A stretch of DNA of 64,000 bases from Selaginella moellendorffii (lineage: Eukaryota > Plantae > Lycopodiophyta), in the NCBI RefSeq assembly GCF_000143415.4, contig NW_003314268.1:3666559-3730558 (forward strand), given 5' to 3'. The translations under genes and the position numbers were made by a program. Shown here piece by piece: positions 12,370 to 23,568 of this stretch (position 1 is the stretch's first letter; each line of letters begins with the position of its first letter). Below the pieces are notes generated by a model. The model ran no database searches, was not told the origin of the DNA, and saw only the letters and a list, made by a program, of their open reading frames with translations.

Positions 12370-13629
12370 ATGGATGTGAGACTAGCCGTGTGGGGCGTTT
12401 TTGGCGGCCTGGGCTTCGCCTTCTTCCTCATGCTCATCGAGCTCCTGCGCAGATACGGAGGGCGGGACGGCGCGGGATCGTCCAGCGGTGCACCAATCCT
12501 CGCGGATTCCTCATCCACCGCAGCAGCGGCGGCAGCGGCGGAGCTCTCAGTGGCCAATCTCCTCCGCCAGGTCCTCCGCGACTTCTCCTACCAGCAGCTC
12601 CACCAGGCCACCAACGGCTTCGCGCAGGGCAATCTCCTCCGCGAGGGGCTCTTTGCGGGCACCCTGGGCGGGGACGGCAAGGAAGCGGTGGTGATCAAGA
12701 GCGTGGAGAGCCGCGAGATGTTTGACGCGGAGGTGGCGATGCTGGCGGGGCTGGGCCACAGCAGCAGCGCCAACAGGTTCGTCCAGATCATCGGCATTTG
12801 CAGCAGCAGCAGCGCCGGAGGAGGGGGAGGAGGAGGAGGCGATTGCGCGGATGGGCATGCGCAGCGAATGCTGCTGGTGCTGCGCCAGATGCCCAACGGA
12901 GATCTGGCGTCGGCGCTGCGCCGGGGCGACGAATTCAAATCCTCCGACGGCGAGACGAGCGAGTCCTCGGACTCGTCCAGCGCCGGATCCGCCAAGCCGC
13001 TGGACTGGATCACGCGGTTCAAGATCGCGATTGGCGTCGCCGAGGCCCTCGCCTTCCTCCACCACGACTGCTCCCCGGCAGTAATTCACAGGTCAGTTCA
13101 TCCCAGGATTAGGGTTTATCAAGGTTTAGCGTACCACCTTTTTCGCGGTTTTAGGGCTAGGCCTGCCACCTTTTGCCCCTTACCCATGGATGTCTTTCCT
13201 TGCAGGGATTTGAAATCCAGCAGCGTTTTCCTGGACGAAGGGTACGAGGTCCGGCTGGGGAGCTTCGGCAAAGCCTGCCGGCAGCAGTACGGAAGCGATG
13301 TGTTCCCTGTGTACGACATATACTGCTACGGGAAGGTTTTGCTCGACCTGGTGTCGGGGCTGGACATCAGCAGCTGCTGCGACGGATTCGGCGAGGCGTG
13401 GCTGCACAGGGCGCTGCCGCTGATGGAATTCGGGAAGCGCGATGCCTTCCTGAGGCTGGTGGATCCGACACTGGTGCTGGACGAGGATCACGTCAAGGAG
13501 CTCATGCTGTTGGCGGTGATCGCCAAGTCGTGCCTGGATCCCGAGCACGCCCAGCACCAGACCATGTCTAATGTGCTCCATATGCTGCAGAACCCAGCCT
13601 TCTTTCTCGCTCTGGCGGGGCAAGGTTGA
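12370..13629 (+). CDS. membrane-anchored receptor-like (pseudo)kinase, LRR-XIV/At2g16250-type kinase domain without ectodomain
   Basis: N-terminal TM (VWGVFGGLGFAFFLMLIELL), FSYQQLHQATNGF, LDWITRFKIAIGVAEALAFLHHDC, HR|DLKSSS, EVRLGS, YDIYCYGKVLLDLVSG, LVDPTLVLDED. One in-frame 114-nt intron 13092-13205. Confidence 0.8.
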   Translation: MDVRLAVWGVFGGLGFAFFLMLIELLRRYGGRDGAGSSSGAPILADSSSTAAAAAAAELSVANLLRQVLRDFSYQQLHQATNGFAQGNLLREGLFAGTLGGDGKEAVVIKSVESREMFDAEVAMLAGLGHSSSANRFVQIIGICSSSSAGGGGGGGGDCADGHAQRMLLVLRQMPNGDLASALRRGDEFKSSDGETSESSDSSSAGSAKPLDWITRFKIAIGVAEALAFLHHDCSPAVIHRSVHPRIRVYQGLAYHLFRGFRARPATFCPLPMDVFPCRDLKSSSVFLDEGYEVRLGSFGKACRQQYGSDVFPVYDIYCYGKVLLDLVSGLDISSCCDGFGEAWLHRALPLMEFGKRDAFLRLVDPTLVLDEDHVKELMLLAVIAKSCLDPEHAQHQTMSNVLHMLQNPAFFLALAGQG

Positions 13630-14399
13630 TTGATGCGGTCTGGTCCACAGAATCATGGAATGAAGGTGGAGTTTCAATCCGTAAAGAGGGATTGAGATTG
13701 GATCCCCTGAAAAGTTTTGCATGTTAGAGAGATGTAAATATGAAGACATGTAAAATGCGAATCAAAACTAAAAGGTACATGTACTCACACTTTTTATCCA
13801 ATCATTGACCATGCTTAGTGATTTCCCAAACCATTTTCTAGAAAATGACCGTCGTAAGAGTTTAAGAAATCGACAAAGAATCGCATAAAGCTAATATAAT
13901 TAGAGCAGAGTGAGCAAAACTTTTTCCAGTATACTGGATGCAACTTAAACTTTCTACAAAGCAGATTTCTCTGCATGCAAAGTCTATTAACTTGTTTCTT
14001 GCTCATCATTTGTCAATCCTTCTTCCAAATTGTAGCCCTCGAGCTATCATTCCCAGATGTTGAGCTTTCCTGACCGGCATGACAACAGGCCAACTTCCAG
14101 GACGCACTTTAGTGTCCCTGACCCTGTAATGTAAGAAATCGGGGATACAAGCCTAGGTTCAGACACAGTCTGAGATAGTTGATGGAAGGGGACGATTCCA
14201 TCAGGACTCAGCACCTGTCATGGCTTCCACGACGTTCTTCCAAGATCGTCCAGATGGTACCCAAAGTGAAGCCCGGACAGCGTGTGAGCAACAGAGTTTA
14301 GGGCCGTCTCCATGCACTGCTGCTTCTCCTCCTCCCAGATTTTGCAGACTTCACCAGGCTCTGAGCCTACGCCACGTCCAGAAAGGCTCCAGCAGCAGA

Positions 14400-15050
14400 A
14401 TGCGCCCCCCGTAATGTGCGTAAACGTCATCCCAACACCTCCGCTCCAAGCCCCTCCCGGTTGGCGAACGAGTCTCTTATGGACTGCCACGAACTCTTTG
14501 GGCTCCTCTTCGTTCAAGTAACCAACAGTTGCCGTGACGACGATCTTATGACCACGGATCGGTTCCAGGCCACACAGGAAGAAGTTCTACGATGAAGCCA
14601 AAACCACGTTGGTCGCATTCTGCTGCTTGGAAATCAGTAGGGCTTCCAGATTGGCAGCATCCTCTGCGCTTTTTGTCCAGCTAGCCAGCATATTAGCTTC
14701 GTCGATGAAGATCGTGGGAAATCCATTGAGGAAACCCGAGCCAGAACGGACATGTAGCCCTCGAAAGCATCCATGAGGTCCATGTTGACCATGGAATCCC
14801 CCTGCTTCCGCACAAACTCGAGCGTCTCCTCGAGCGTCTCCTCGAGCGTCTTCAGCGAGATCTTCTCCTCGGAAACTTCGAGACCCCACTTCCCCCAGAG
14901 ATTTTGCAAATCTGTGAGCTAAGTTAGTCCCAAAATGTGAGAAATTCATGTTGCTCCCCAGGAACACCCACTTTGCTGCTCCCGATGATCGATGACATTT
15001 AGCTCTGACAATCGATTGAAGAGCTTTGCACCATAGCCATCCTATTCGCA
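14400..15050 (-). pseudogene. degenerate P-loop (AAA/STAND-like) ATPase fragment
   Basis: FPTIFIDEANML (Walker B-like) followed by ISKQQ..TNVVLASS; reading frame broken by frameshifts and stops. Confidence 0.55.
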
Positions 15051-17418
15051 CCAGCCAAGAAATTCATTTCATAGGCATTAGGCGACGATGGTGGTGTGTG
15101 TGGTAAGATGGGCGGCCTCATTACCGCTTTGGGTCGCACACTGTCTTGGACGAGACCCTTTGGCAATATAGCCGACAGGTTTTGTAGGGAGCATGGACTA
15201 GGAGACCGCCTCCTTTTTCCTGAACGACGTTCTAGTGGACTCCGCCAATGTAAGTGAAAGTTTTCGTGTATCTTGTCTAGTCTACTTGTGAAAACTTAAC
15301 AGCCTATCGAGTTCTTCGACGCGTTGAAAGGCCTGGAGGAGTTTGTGGGCACTGATGGCCGCCAACAGATACCGGACGACAACTTCTTTGTCCATTTCAA
15401 AGGTTCGAAAGCCAAACGCTTTTACGAGTGGCACTACGTTCCAGGGGTTCCTATAAAGAGGAAATCTACAGCATTGCAAACGTTCTCCTATCTTTCCAAG
15501 GATGGATTACGTGCGCTGCACTGATACTGGGCCTATGGACAACGATGAGCTACCCATAGATTCATACACTGGCTACTCTCAAAATATCATAGTTGTCTGC
15601 TAGCTCACCACTCCATGAGACGACGTCTATAGCAGCACTCTGTACGGTTTTAAGTTCTGCCTTCATGTGTTCTGGTTTTGGTGCGACATTGGGATTCCAT
15701 TTCTCAATCACATGATGGAAGTGCGACTGTTTCTTCTTCTTTTGATCACCCCTGCATTCCTTCTGTTCTTTTGATTGCGCCAGCAAATAACTCACCATGG
15801 ATTGCTTGATCTCCTCTTGAAGAAACACGTCGAGTAGAACGAACTTGCTGGGCATGTGTTTGGAAAGGTAGTCTATCCAGTGTGACTCCAGTACCTAGAT
15901 TTTATCTTTTCCCACAGCAAGACTTGCAAAATCGGAAAAGAAACAAAAGCTCCAAGGACCATGTTTCTTCCACTCAATAAATCTCTTGCCAAGGATGCTC
16001 GAGTTGACAATCCTGGGCTCCTATAGGATTCACTTGCTGGACCGCATTTAGAGAATAATCTTAAAACTTCCAGCAAACATGGCCTAGATATGAGACTCCC
16101 TGGTAGAATCGTCGGGGAAAGGTCTCACAATTAACCAGGCAATGTTGGGTCCTAGAATTATTTGCCTCCACTTTGATCCTCTGCAGTTTGCTGGCCGGAA
16201 TTTGCACCTCAAAAAGCCTTTAAAAGAGTGCTTGTCGAAATTCCAGGTGGCTTTCAAACTTCACCGGTATGTTTTCTCGATTTGTTTTCAGAGGTTTCGG
16301 TCCTGTATTCAGGGAGCCTTCAAACGAGCAATCGAAGAAGATCCACTTTTTAAACACCTCGTCGATGTAAAGATCAGCTGTAGAAACTCTGAATGCAACA
16401 CAGACGACAATCACGACATACGAGTAGTGATTGTCGAGTTCGGAGGAAGCTCGTGAAGGCATCTTGAAAACAAGATGGATTGCGCGTAACATCTCTCTAG
16501 AAATCGCAGCGCTTGGATTCATGCATTTCAAGATACGGCATCAGCTTTTGATTTGTTGAGTCAAAGCTTTCGTTTCTCTCCGATTCAATAGCTTTGATCT
16601 CTGCAGGTGTAAAGGGGTTCATAGAATTCTTTCACTCGTGAAGGTTTCTCTGGTAATTTATATGGCAAGGCCTCTTTTTTCTTAGAAGTTTTCTTTGTGT
16701 GCGCAAGACCCGGACGAAAATATTGGTAGAGGTGCGAATGATGCAGATTGTCTTGTTTTCAATTTTCCTAGTTTTCTTAAGATGTATGCTAGAAGTAGAA
16801 GTTAACTCGACATTTAAAGCTGCTTTTAGAGCCGCTATCTCTTACAATCCTCATCGCAGGAACATGGTTTGATCCAAGGATCTTACAAAACATGTTAGCT
16901 GGTTCTTGTGGAATGTTAGCAGGGCATATCTAGAAGAAAAGAGAGAGATCCATGTCCTCAATATCCACGACAGTGTAATGTATATCGCCGGCTGAGATCC
17001 AGAAGCTTAGGCACGCAACAGCAGGACGGAAGAGCCATCCAGCAGGCTGTCCGATCAGCAAAACGAAGCATCTTAACGAGGAATCCTGCACTAATTGAGA
17101 ACTTCCCTTTTTGCCCTGCCTATATAAAATAGTGGTACTTAGCTCAACTTTAGGGAGTTAATGTTTAATTAATTAGGGAAAACATATTCTATGGATATTC
17201 CTGGCGAGTGAAAGTTTAGGGCTTTGAGGAAGGCTCCTGGCGGTGTGCATCCCAGCGGCTCGGCGTGCCCCCATCCCAGGCTGGTCACGAGGTCTCCAAG
17301 ATCTGTGAGATCTGCGAGAGACAGCAGTGGCGATCGCTGACGCCTGTTGAAGCCTTCTCACAGATGCCACTGCTTGTAGGGGTAAGTTTCTGCAGCTGCC
17401 AAGAGTGCTCGCGGGGCT

Positions 17419-18265
17419 TTGGGATACTCAAGAAAGCACGAGCCACTGGTGTACGTGAGGAGCTGCTACGGCAAAATCCTCGACTTGATCTGGGCACACA
17501 GTGAGACGTTAGAGATAGCTTTCGTGGTTGTGCTGGGCACGCCTGGGATTAGCAAGTCCAGCTTTGTCTTTGTTGTGTTGTGGGAGCTCCTTCAGAAGCA
17601 TTGTTGGAACCTCATCCTCCTCAAGTTCAAGGAATCCAACAGGTATTACGCCTTTGACAAGGATAGCAAAGTTTCATCCACTGTCAGCTCCGCTGTCACC
17701 GTAAATTGGGTGGAGGCCGAAGAGGAAGGCAAGGTGTGGTACCTAGCGGACTGGAAGATTGGTAAGTACTACTGGAGCCTACCTTGCAAGGTTGTTATAG
17801 CCACCTCACTTGGTTGGCTGAATCACCACCACTTCTTCAAAGGAGACGATGTGATCAGGCTTTTTATCCCAATGTGGTCTCATGAAGAAATCCACATGTT
17901 GAACGATCAGGTGTTTAAGCATCCGAAGGCTAAGGTGGACAAAAGGTTTGACGAGTGAGGATGTGTCCTGAGGCATGTTCTACCCAAGATTGGTATACAT
18001 CAGAAGTAAGAGCTTGAGAAAGCAATTGACAGTGTTGCTAATGCCATGCAGGATAATGGGAGACTTTGTGTGGCCAACATTGTTAGTCTTGGTCAGAGCT
18101 AGATCTCGTATACTATATAACAATCGAGGGCGATGATACTTACACCATTGCCACCAAGAAGTTAGTCACACCGTATATCACAGACAAGCTCGCTACGAGG
18201 CTAAACATGGACGTTTTGGACAGAGTTCTCAATTACGATTTAGCGACAGCAGATTCAGAAAATGG
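17419..18265 (+). pseudogene. Crinkler/RHS-type (CR) effector P-loop NTPase domain pseudogene, copy 1
   Basis: LVYVRSCY..I, VVLGTPGISKS (Walker A-like), KVVIATS, LFIPMWSHEEI, RFDE*GCVLR (WGGVPR degraded to a TGA stop); further stops downstream. Confidence 0.7.
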
Positions 18266-18290
18266 TGTGTACACTGAGTTTTTTGACAGG

Positions 18291-18942
18291 CCATTCTTTG
18301 AATCTGTTATCGTTAAATCATAGTTGAGAACTCTGTCTAAAATGTCCATGTTTAGCCTCACAATAAATTTGTTTGTGATATATGGTGCGGCCAGCTTCTT
18401 GGTGACAATGGCATCAATATTATCGCTCTTGACTATTATGTGGTACAAGATATCTAAAGCATAACCACCCTGATAAAGACTAACANNNNNNNNNNNNNNN
18501 NNNNNNNNNNNNNNNNNNNNNNNNNNNNNNNNNNNNNNNNNNNNNNNNNNNNNNNNNNNNNNNNNNNNNNNNNNNNNNNNNNNNNAAAACGCTGTCAATT
18601 GCTTTCTCAAGCTCTTGCTCCTGATGTTTGCCAATCTTGGATAAGACATGCCTCGGGACACCTCCCCACTTGTCAAACCTCTTGTCCACCTCAGCCTTCG
18701 GATGCTTAAACACCTGATCGTTTAGTGTGTAGATTTCTTCATGAGACCACGTCGGGATAAAGAGCTTGATCACATTGTCTCCTTTGAAGAAGTGATGGTG
18801 ATTTTGCCGGCCAGGTGAGGTGGTTATAACAACCTTGCAAGGCAGGCTCCAATAATACTTATCAATCTTCCAATCCACCAGGTACCACACCTTGCCTTCC
18901 TCCTCGGCCTCCACCCAATTCGTAGTGACGGCAGGGCTGACA
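18291..18942 (-). pseudogene. CR-type NTPase fragment, inverted copy 2 (spans a 100-N gap)
   Basis: WYLVDWKIDKYYWSLPCKVVITTSPG...LFIPTWSHEEI...RFDKWGGVPRHVL; reverse complement is collinear with 17682-18265. Confidence 0.75.
18486..18585. other. assembly gap (100 N)
   Basis: Run of n characters. Confidence 1.
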
Positions 18943-20654
18943 ATCGTGCTATAAATCTTTTATACGCATTTGTTTTGGGGCACAAGGTTTAGCACCTTTT
19001 GAATAAAGTGATAGGATAAAAGTAACCAATTTTTACAAATATAAAAGTTATAGAACTTTTTCGAAATATATGGTTGGCAAAGCTGAATATAAGTTTATGA
19101 AAGTTCAAATCTGAGCTAGAATGCTTCCAAGCTTAGCTAGTCTAGCTATCTGCCATGCTCTAGGTGTAGATCTTAGCATTAGCATCATATAAACATGCTA
19201 AAACAATGAAAAGAAAAAGTTGCCTCTCAACATAGACATATTGCTCAACATGATTGTTTGAAAGGACATCCTTGAGTTCCTTATCCTTTGCAAATTTAAG
19301 GGGTGATTATCCAAAGTGGTGACATTCCTGGCATGAGCTAATTGCATTTAAATGAAGAACTTGGGCTAGAAGAATTCAAAAATCATAATGTTGTAGAAAT
19401 AAAACACAAGAAACTGCCAACTATCGACATCTCTACTCACTGGCTATCAACTACCATCAATACAAGATTGTGTATTTATTTCTATTTTCCTAGCTGAAAG
19501 TTTTAAACTAATTGGGTTGATCTAACATAATGAAAGAGTTGTCAAGCACACGCAAAACAAAGATGATCTTGCTTTGTATGTGCTTGACAACGCTTAGTGT
19601 AAAATTGAATCTTGATTCATTTCAGGATAGTGGCAAAGATGATAATAATGGCAAAGAACATATTTATCAAATTGCAAACTGGTATCATGCCAAATATGAT
19701 CCTAGGGTCATAAGGTACTGTTTGAGGAATCTTGTCAAGGGAACTAAAAACAAAATCACCAACACCAAAGAATCAACTTGAGTTGGAAGGAGAGATGTAA
19801 TGTTTGAAAGAGCTAAGCTAAGTGCTCATAATATAGAATTGAGGATTTTAGCATTTGGATTTTCAATAAGCAATGTAGGAAAAATTCACACAATTGCTAT
19901 AGAGAGGGTGGAATAAAATCTGCTAGAATACAAGTTCTACAAGTTATGCTATACTTAAAAAGTAAATGTTCAAGTGAAGCTGGATATAATTGGTGCACTA
20001 TACAAGAAGGAGTTTGCAAGTGTTGTGTAGGAGAAGTGGTTATGGATATCTAGGTGGATCATGTGACTCTCAAATAGAAAATCAAAATGGGATTAGCTTA
20101 CATATTTTATTTGATCTGGGAAAGCCTACTCTGCTGTTTATAGTAGTTGGCAAGCTTATGGCATGTAAGTATGTTAATATGGACATATATAACTTATTCA
20201 AACAAAATAACCACATGATGAATATTAATATATTTTTAATCTCTTTTCGCAAGTTAGAAATAATAGAGATTGTTATTGTCACACCTAAGATCATAAATAA
20301 CTAAGATTCTATTTGGAGAAGGAAGTCCCTTGAATTGAATAATATGTTTATTAGCTATCTTGAGACTTGATAGCTTATGAAAACAATGTTCTAAATTATT
20401 GAGGGTAACCATTGGTATGAGGCTTAGATAATATGTATTAATGATTGTTTTTAGGATGATCCTATCTACTATATTAATGTTCTAATCAACCACATCTATG
20501 CAAAGGGATTTGTAGATGTTAATAAACTTATTGTGGCCTGCGCAAAAGCTAAATGCATAAGTTTGCTAAAATTTGGCCTCTAACTCTATTTTAATTTACT
20601 ATGTCATATTTGATTTAGTTTACAGTCTGAAAATAGAATCTTCTTGACGACAAA

Positions 20655-21070
20655 GAATTTTATTGATAAGCTTTTTAAGTGTAATTAACCCTAAATTCAT
20701 TTTTTATTTTTTCTTTTATTTTCAAAGTATTTTAAATGCAGAAACCCAGCTCGTAGATTAGGCACAGCTTCCACAGGAATCTCACTTACCTCTAGATTTC
20801 AAGTTTTAGGCTTGTGAATCACCCTCGATAGTGCCATTGCTACTCTAGTTGAATCCAGGGGCAACCACATTGTTCATAAACAAGCTTGCCTTAAAAGCTG
20901 TACAGGAGTGGCACAGCGGAAGCATCCCATAACCCACAGGCCCCAGGATCGAAACCTAGCTCCAAAACCATTTTGCCATTTTAGTTAAATATGCTATGTA
21001 GGCTAATTTGATCAAATGACCGTTAAATCCTTTTTGTCAACTGGATTGACTGCGTCTCGGAGAGTAACGA
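20655..21070 (+). repeat. diverged direct duplicate of 22760-23280 (tRNA-iMet plus flanks)
   Basis: Shared blocks aagaattttattgataagct..attaaccctaaattc, gctcgtagattaggcacagc, cttacctctagatttcaagtttt and gtaggctaatttgatcaaatgaccgttaaatcctttttgtcaactggattgactg. Confidence 0.9.
20902..20966 (+). pseudogene. tRNA-iMet pseudogene
   Basis: GGAGTGGCACAGCGGAAGCA-TCCCATAACCCACAGGCCCCAGGATCGAAACCTAGCTCC: the 5' anticodon-stem strand is deleted and the acceptor end lost relative to 23105-23176. Confidence 0.85.
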
Positions 21071-23104
21071 CACACTCACACCTCTCCACCTTGCAAGTTA
21101 AGGGCTTTTCTTTGTGTTAGCAATAAGCGAGAAAGACAACGAAACAAGAGAGATTTGCTGGAGACAAGAAAGCGAAGCTGCTTGCAACGAGGTAAGAGGG
21201 TCTGAAGGGAAACTTGTGAATACCAACAAAACTAACGATCATTGAAAGTTGATGATACTTATCTTCATGTTGTCAGGTTTGCGTTTGTCAGCGCTTTGAG
21301 TTATGTTGTTGCTGCTCTTAACGCAAGACTTGTGAGCTAAGAAACAACACTAGGCAACTGCAGCTGAAGACATACATGACAATGGTCCAACCTCAATGAA
21401 AACAACGATCATGAAAGCTCCAAAGGCAAAGGAATGTGCATTGGGTGAATTTAAGATGCAGTTAGTTGAACAAACAGCTCATGAACCTGTTAAACTTCGG
21501 AACTTACAAATTAACAAAATAACTGGGGTTCTATTTTTATTTTAAAAAATCTTTCTAAAAAAAGTAAATAGTTTTGAACTTTTTGGTTTGCATAAGCAAA
21601 CCTAGGGTTACTTAATGCTTGTATATTCTGGGATAATCTAACAGTTGTTATTCATTTAAATTAATCTTATATTTAGAATTTATAAATATAAAATTTTCTA
21701 AACACTTCCTCTAAACATGTTTATAATATAAAATTCCAATTAATAAATAATAAGAACTATTATTAATCAAATCAAGCATTAATGAATGGAAAAAAAGCTA
21801 TTATTAAGTTTGATTTAATTTTTATTTTTGACTTATATTTATACTAATTCTTAATGAAAGTAAAATAAAAATAATATTTTAATAAAATGATATGATCTCC
21901 ACAGTTTATATACTCATTTGAATCAATATTAGTGATTTAATATTTTATATTTAAGAGTCAGATAGCAAGAAATTATGAAAAAGGTGGAAAGTGTGCTTCT
22001 GGTCAACACCCTCTCAATGCTCAACAGATCTTCCAAGGGTTGTCAAGCATGGTACATTGACAAGAAGTTTGGTGTGCCTTCATCTCTGAGACATGATAAT
22101 AAAGATGATGCAACTTTATGGGAACATTCTAAAACTGAAACTCAAGCTGCTGGTAAGTTCCTGCTGCTATGCACCGACAAGGCTGCTAAACTAAGTTCTT
22201 TGGCCTTTGCATGATTCAAGAGGATGCTCACGTATGTGCCTGCAGCAAAATGTTTTTTTGGCGTTGTTATTGAGACAGAGAAAACTATGGCAAATGTTAT
22301 AACCATATCGTACGAGGACAATTCAAGCTTGTGAGCAAAGTTGTTAAGTGGCGTGAACAAAACGTATGACGCAATCTGGTTGATAGGGAAAAGCGTGCTG
22401 GTTGGCCATGCAGGCAGTGAGATGAGTTCGGAATAAGTGTTATGATACAAATGGCCTCTCTGAGCCACACATGAGTAGTGTTGAGACAAGGAACAAGGTC
22501 AGGTTGTTGTTCAGCGAGCTAAGAAGCTCCTTGGAAAGGATGTTAACTTATTTACTCCATGGTGGATCACTAGAGAAGACTTTATCATGCCGCATTGAAC
22601 TCGACATGGTTGCATGGGGGACAATGCCACAACATCTAGCTACTAGGCATATTGTCAAGATTTCCCAAGGACAGAAAAAAGTATACACTGCTAGTGTTGC
22701 TTCTGAATCAACTCGTATATTGTTTGTTCTAACTAATTATTGCATCACATTTGTTATTAAGAATTTTATTGATAAGCTAATTAACCCTAAATTCTGTTTT
22801 TTTGTTGCTCTCTAAACCACATCGACCCCTCCTTCACACGGGGCTCTAGCTCGTAGATTAGGCACAGCATCCCACTTACCTCTAGATTTCAAGTTTTCTC
22901 CTCAAGGCTCATGACGATTCCAATCACCCTTGATAAGATCCACAGGTGCCACCGCTACTCCAGCTGAATCCACATTGGCCTGTTGTCACCTAAAAGAAAA
23001 ACACACACGCACACACGCACACAAGCATACAGTACTGTTTTGGAAGAACAGCTTGCCCTAAAAGCTGTACAACATGCTTGAAGAAAGAAGATGTGCAACG
23101 AGAT

Positions 23105-23176
23105 ATCGGAGTGGCGCAGCGGAAGCGTGGTGGGCCCATAACCCACAGGTCCCAGGATCGAAACCTGGCTCCGATA
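23105..23176 (+). tRNA. initiator tRNA-Met (CAT)
   Basis: ATCGGAGTGGCGCAGCGGAAGCGTGGTGGGCCCATAACCCACAGGTCCCAGGATCGAAACCTGGCTCCGATA: A1:U72 pair, G-C-rich anticodon stem, GATCGAAA T-loop of eukaryotic initiator tRNA. Upstream CAA and downstream oligo-T terminator. Confidence 0.97.
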
Positions 23177-23288
23177 TTATTTTGCCATTTTTGGTTAAAT
23201 ATGCTACGTAGGCTAATTTGATCAAATGACCGTTAAATCCTTTTTGTCAACTGGATTGACTGGGTCGCGGCGAGTAACGGAATTTTGA

Positions 23289-23487
23289 ATGTCGGAAGCG
23301 CCGCCGCCGCCGCCAACGCCGCCACCACCACCGAAGAAGAAAATCCCGGACCTCCCGCCGCCACCACCGCCAAGATACAGGTATGACTTGGGCCCCGACA
23401 TGCTAGAGACGCTCTACAGGGCCTTCAATCTTGTCTCCAAGAAGGGCGCCAAAAAGAAACCCAACGAGGTTGAAGAGAAGTAAAACC

Positions 23488-23568
<81 letters not shown>

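Noticed and set aside
14817-14851. 12-bp tandem repeat (ctcgagcgtctc)x3, and other short repeats considered as CRISPR-like
   Set aside because: No spacers and a eukaryotic context; simple slippage repeat in a pseudogene.
19000-20650. Possible DNA-transposon remnant
   Set aside because: AT-rich and coding-like in patches, but I could not identify a transposase motif or terminal repeats.
21975-22815. Short ORFs between the duplicated tRNA blocks
   Set aside because: No recognisable domain or consistent exon chain; cannot be supported as a gene.
23177-23280. Possible dicistronic tRNA-snoRNA downstream of tRNA-iMet
   Set aside because: An oligo-T terminator follows the tRNA immediately, and no convincing C/D or H/ACA boxes are visible.
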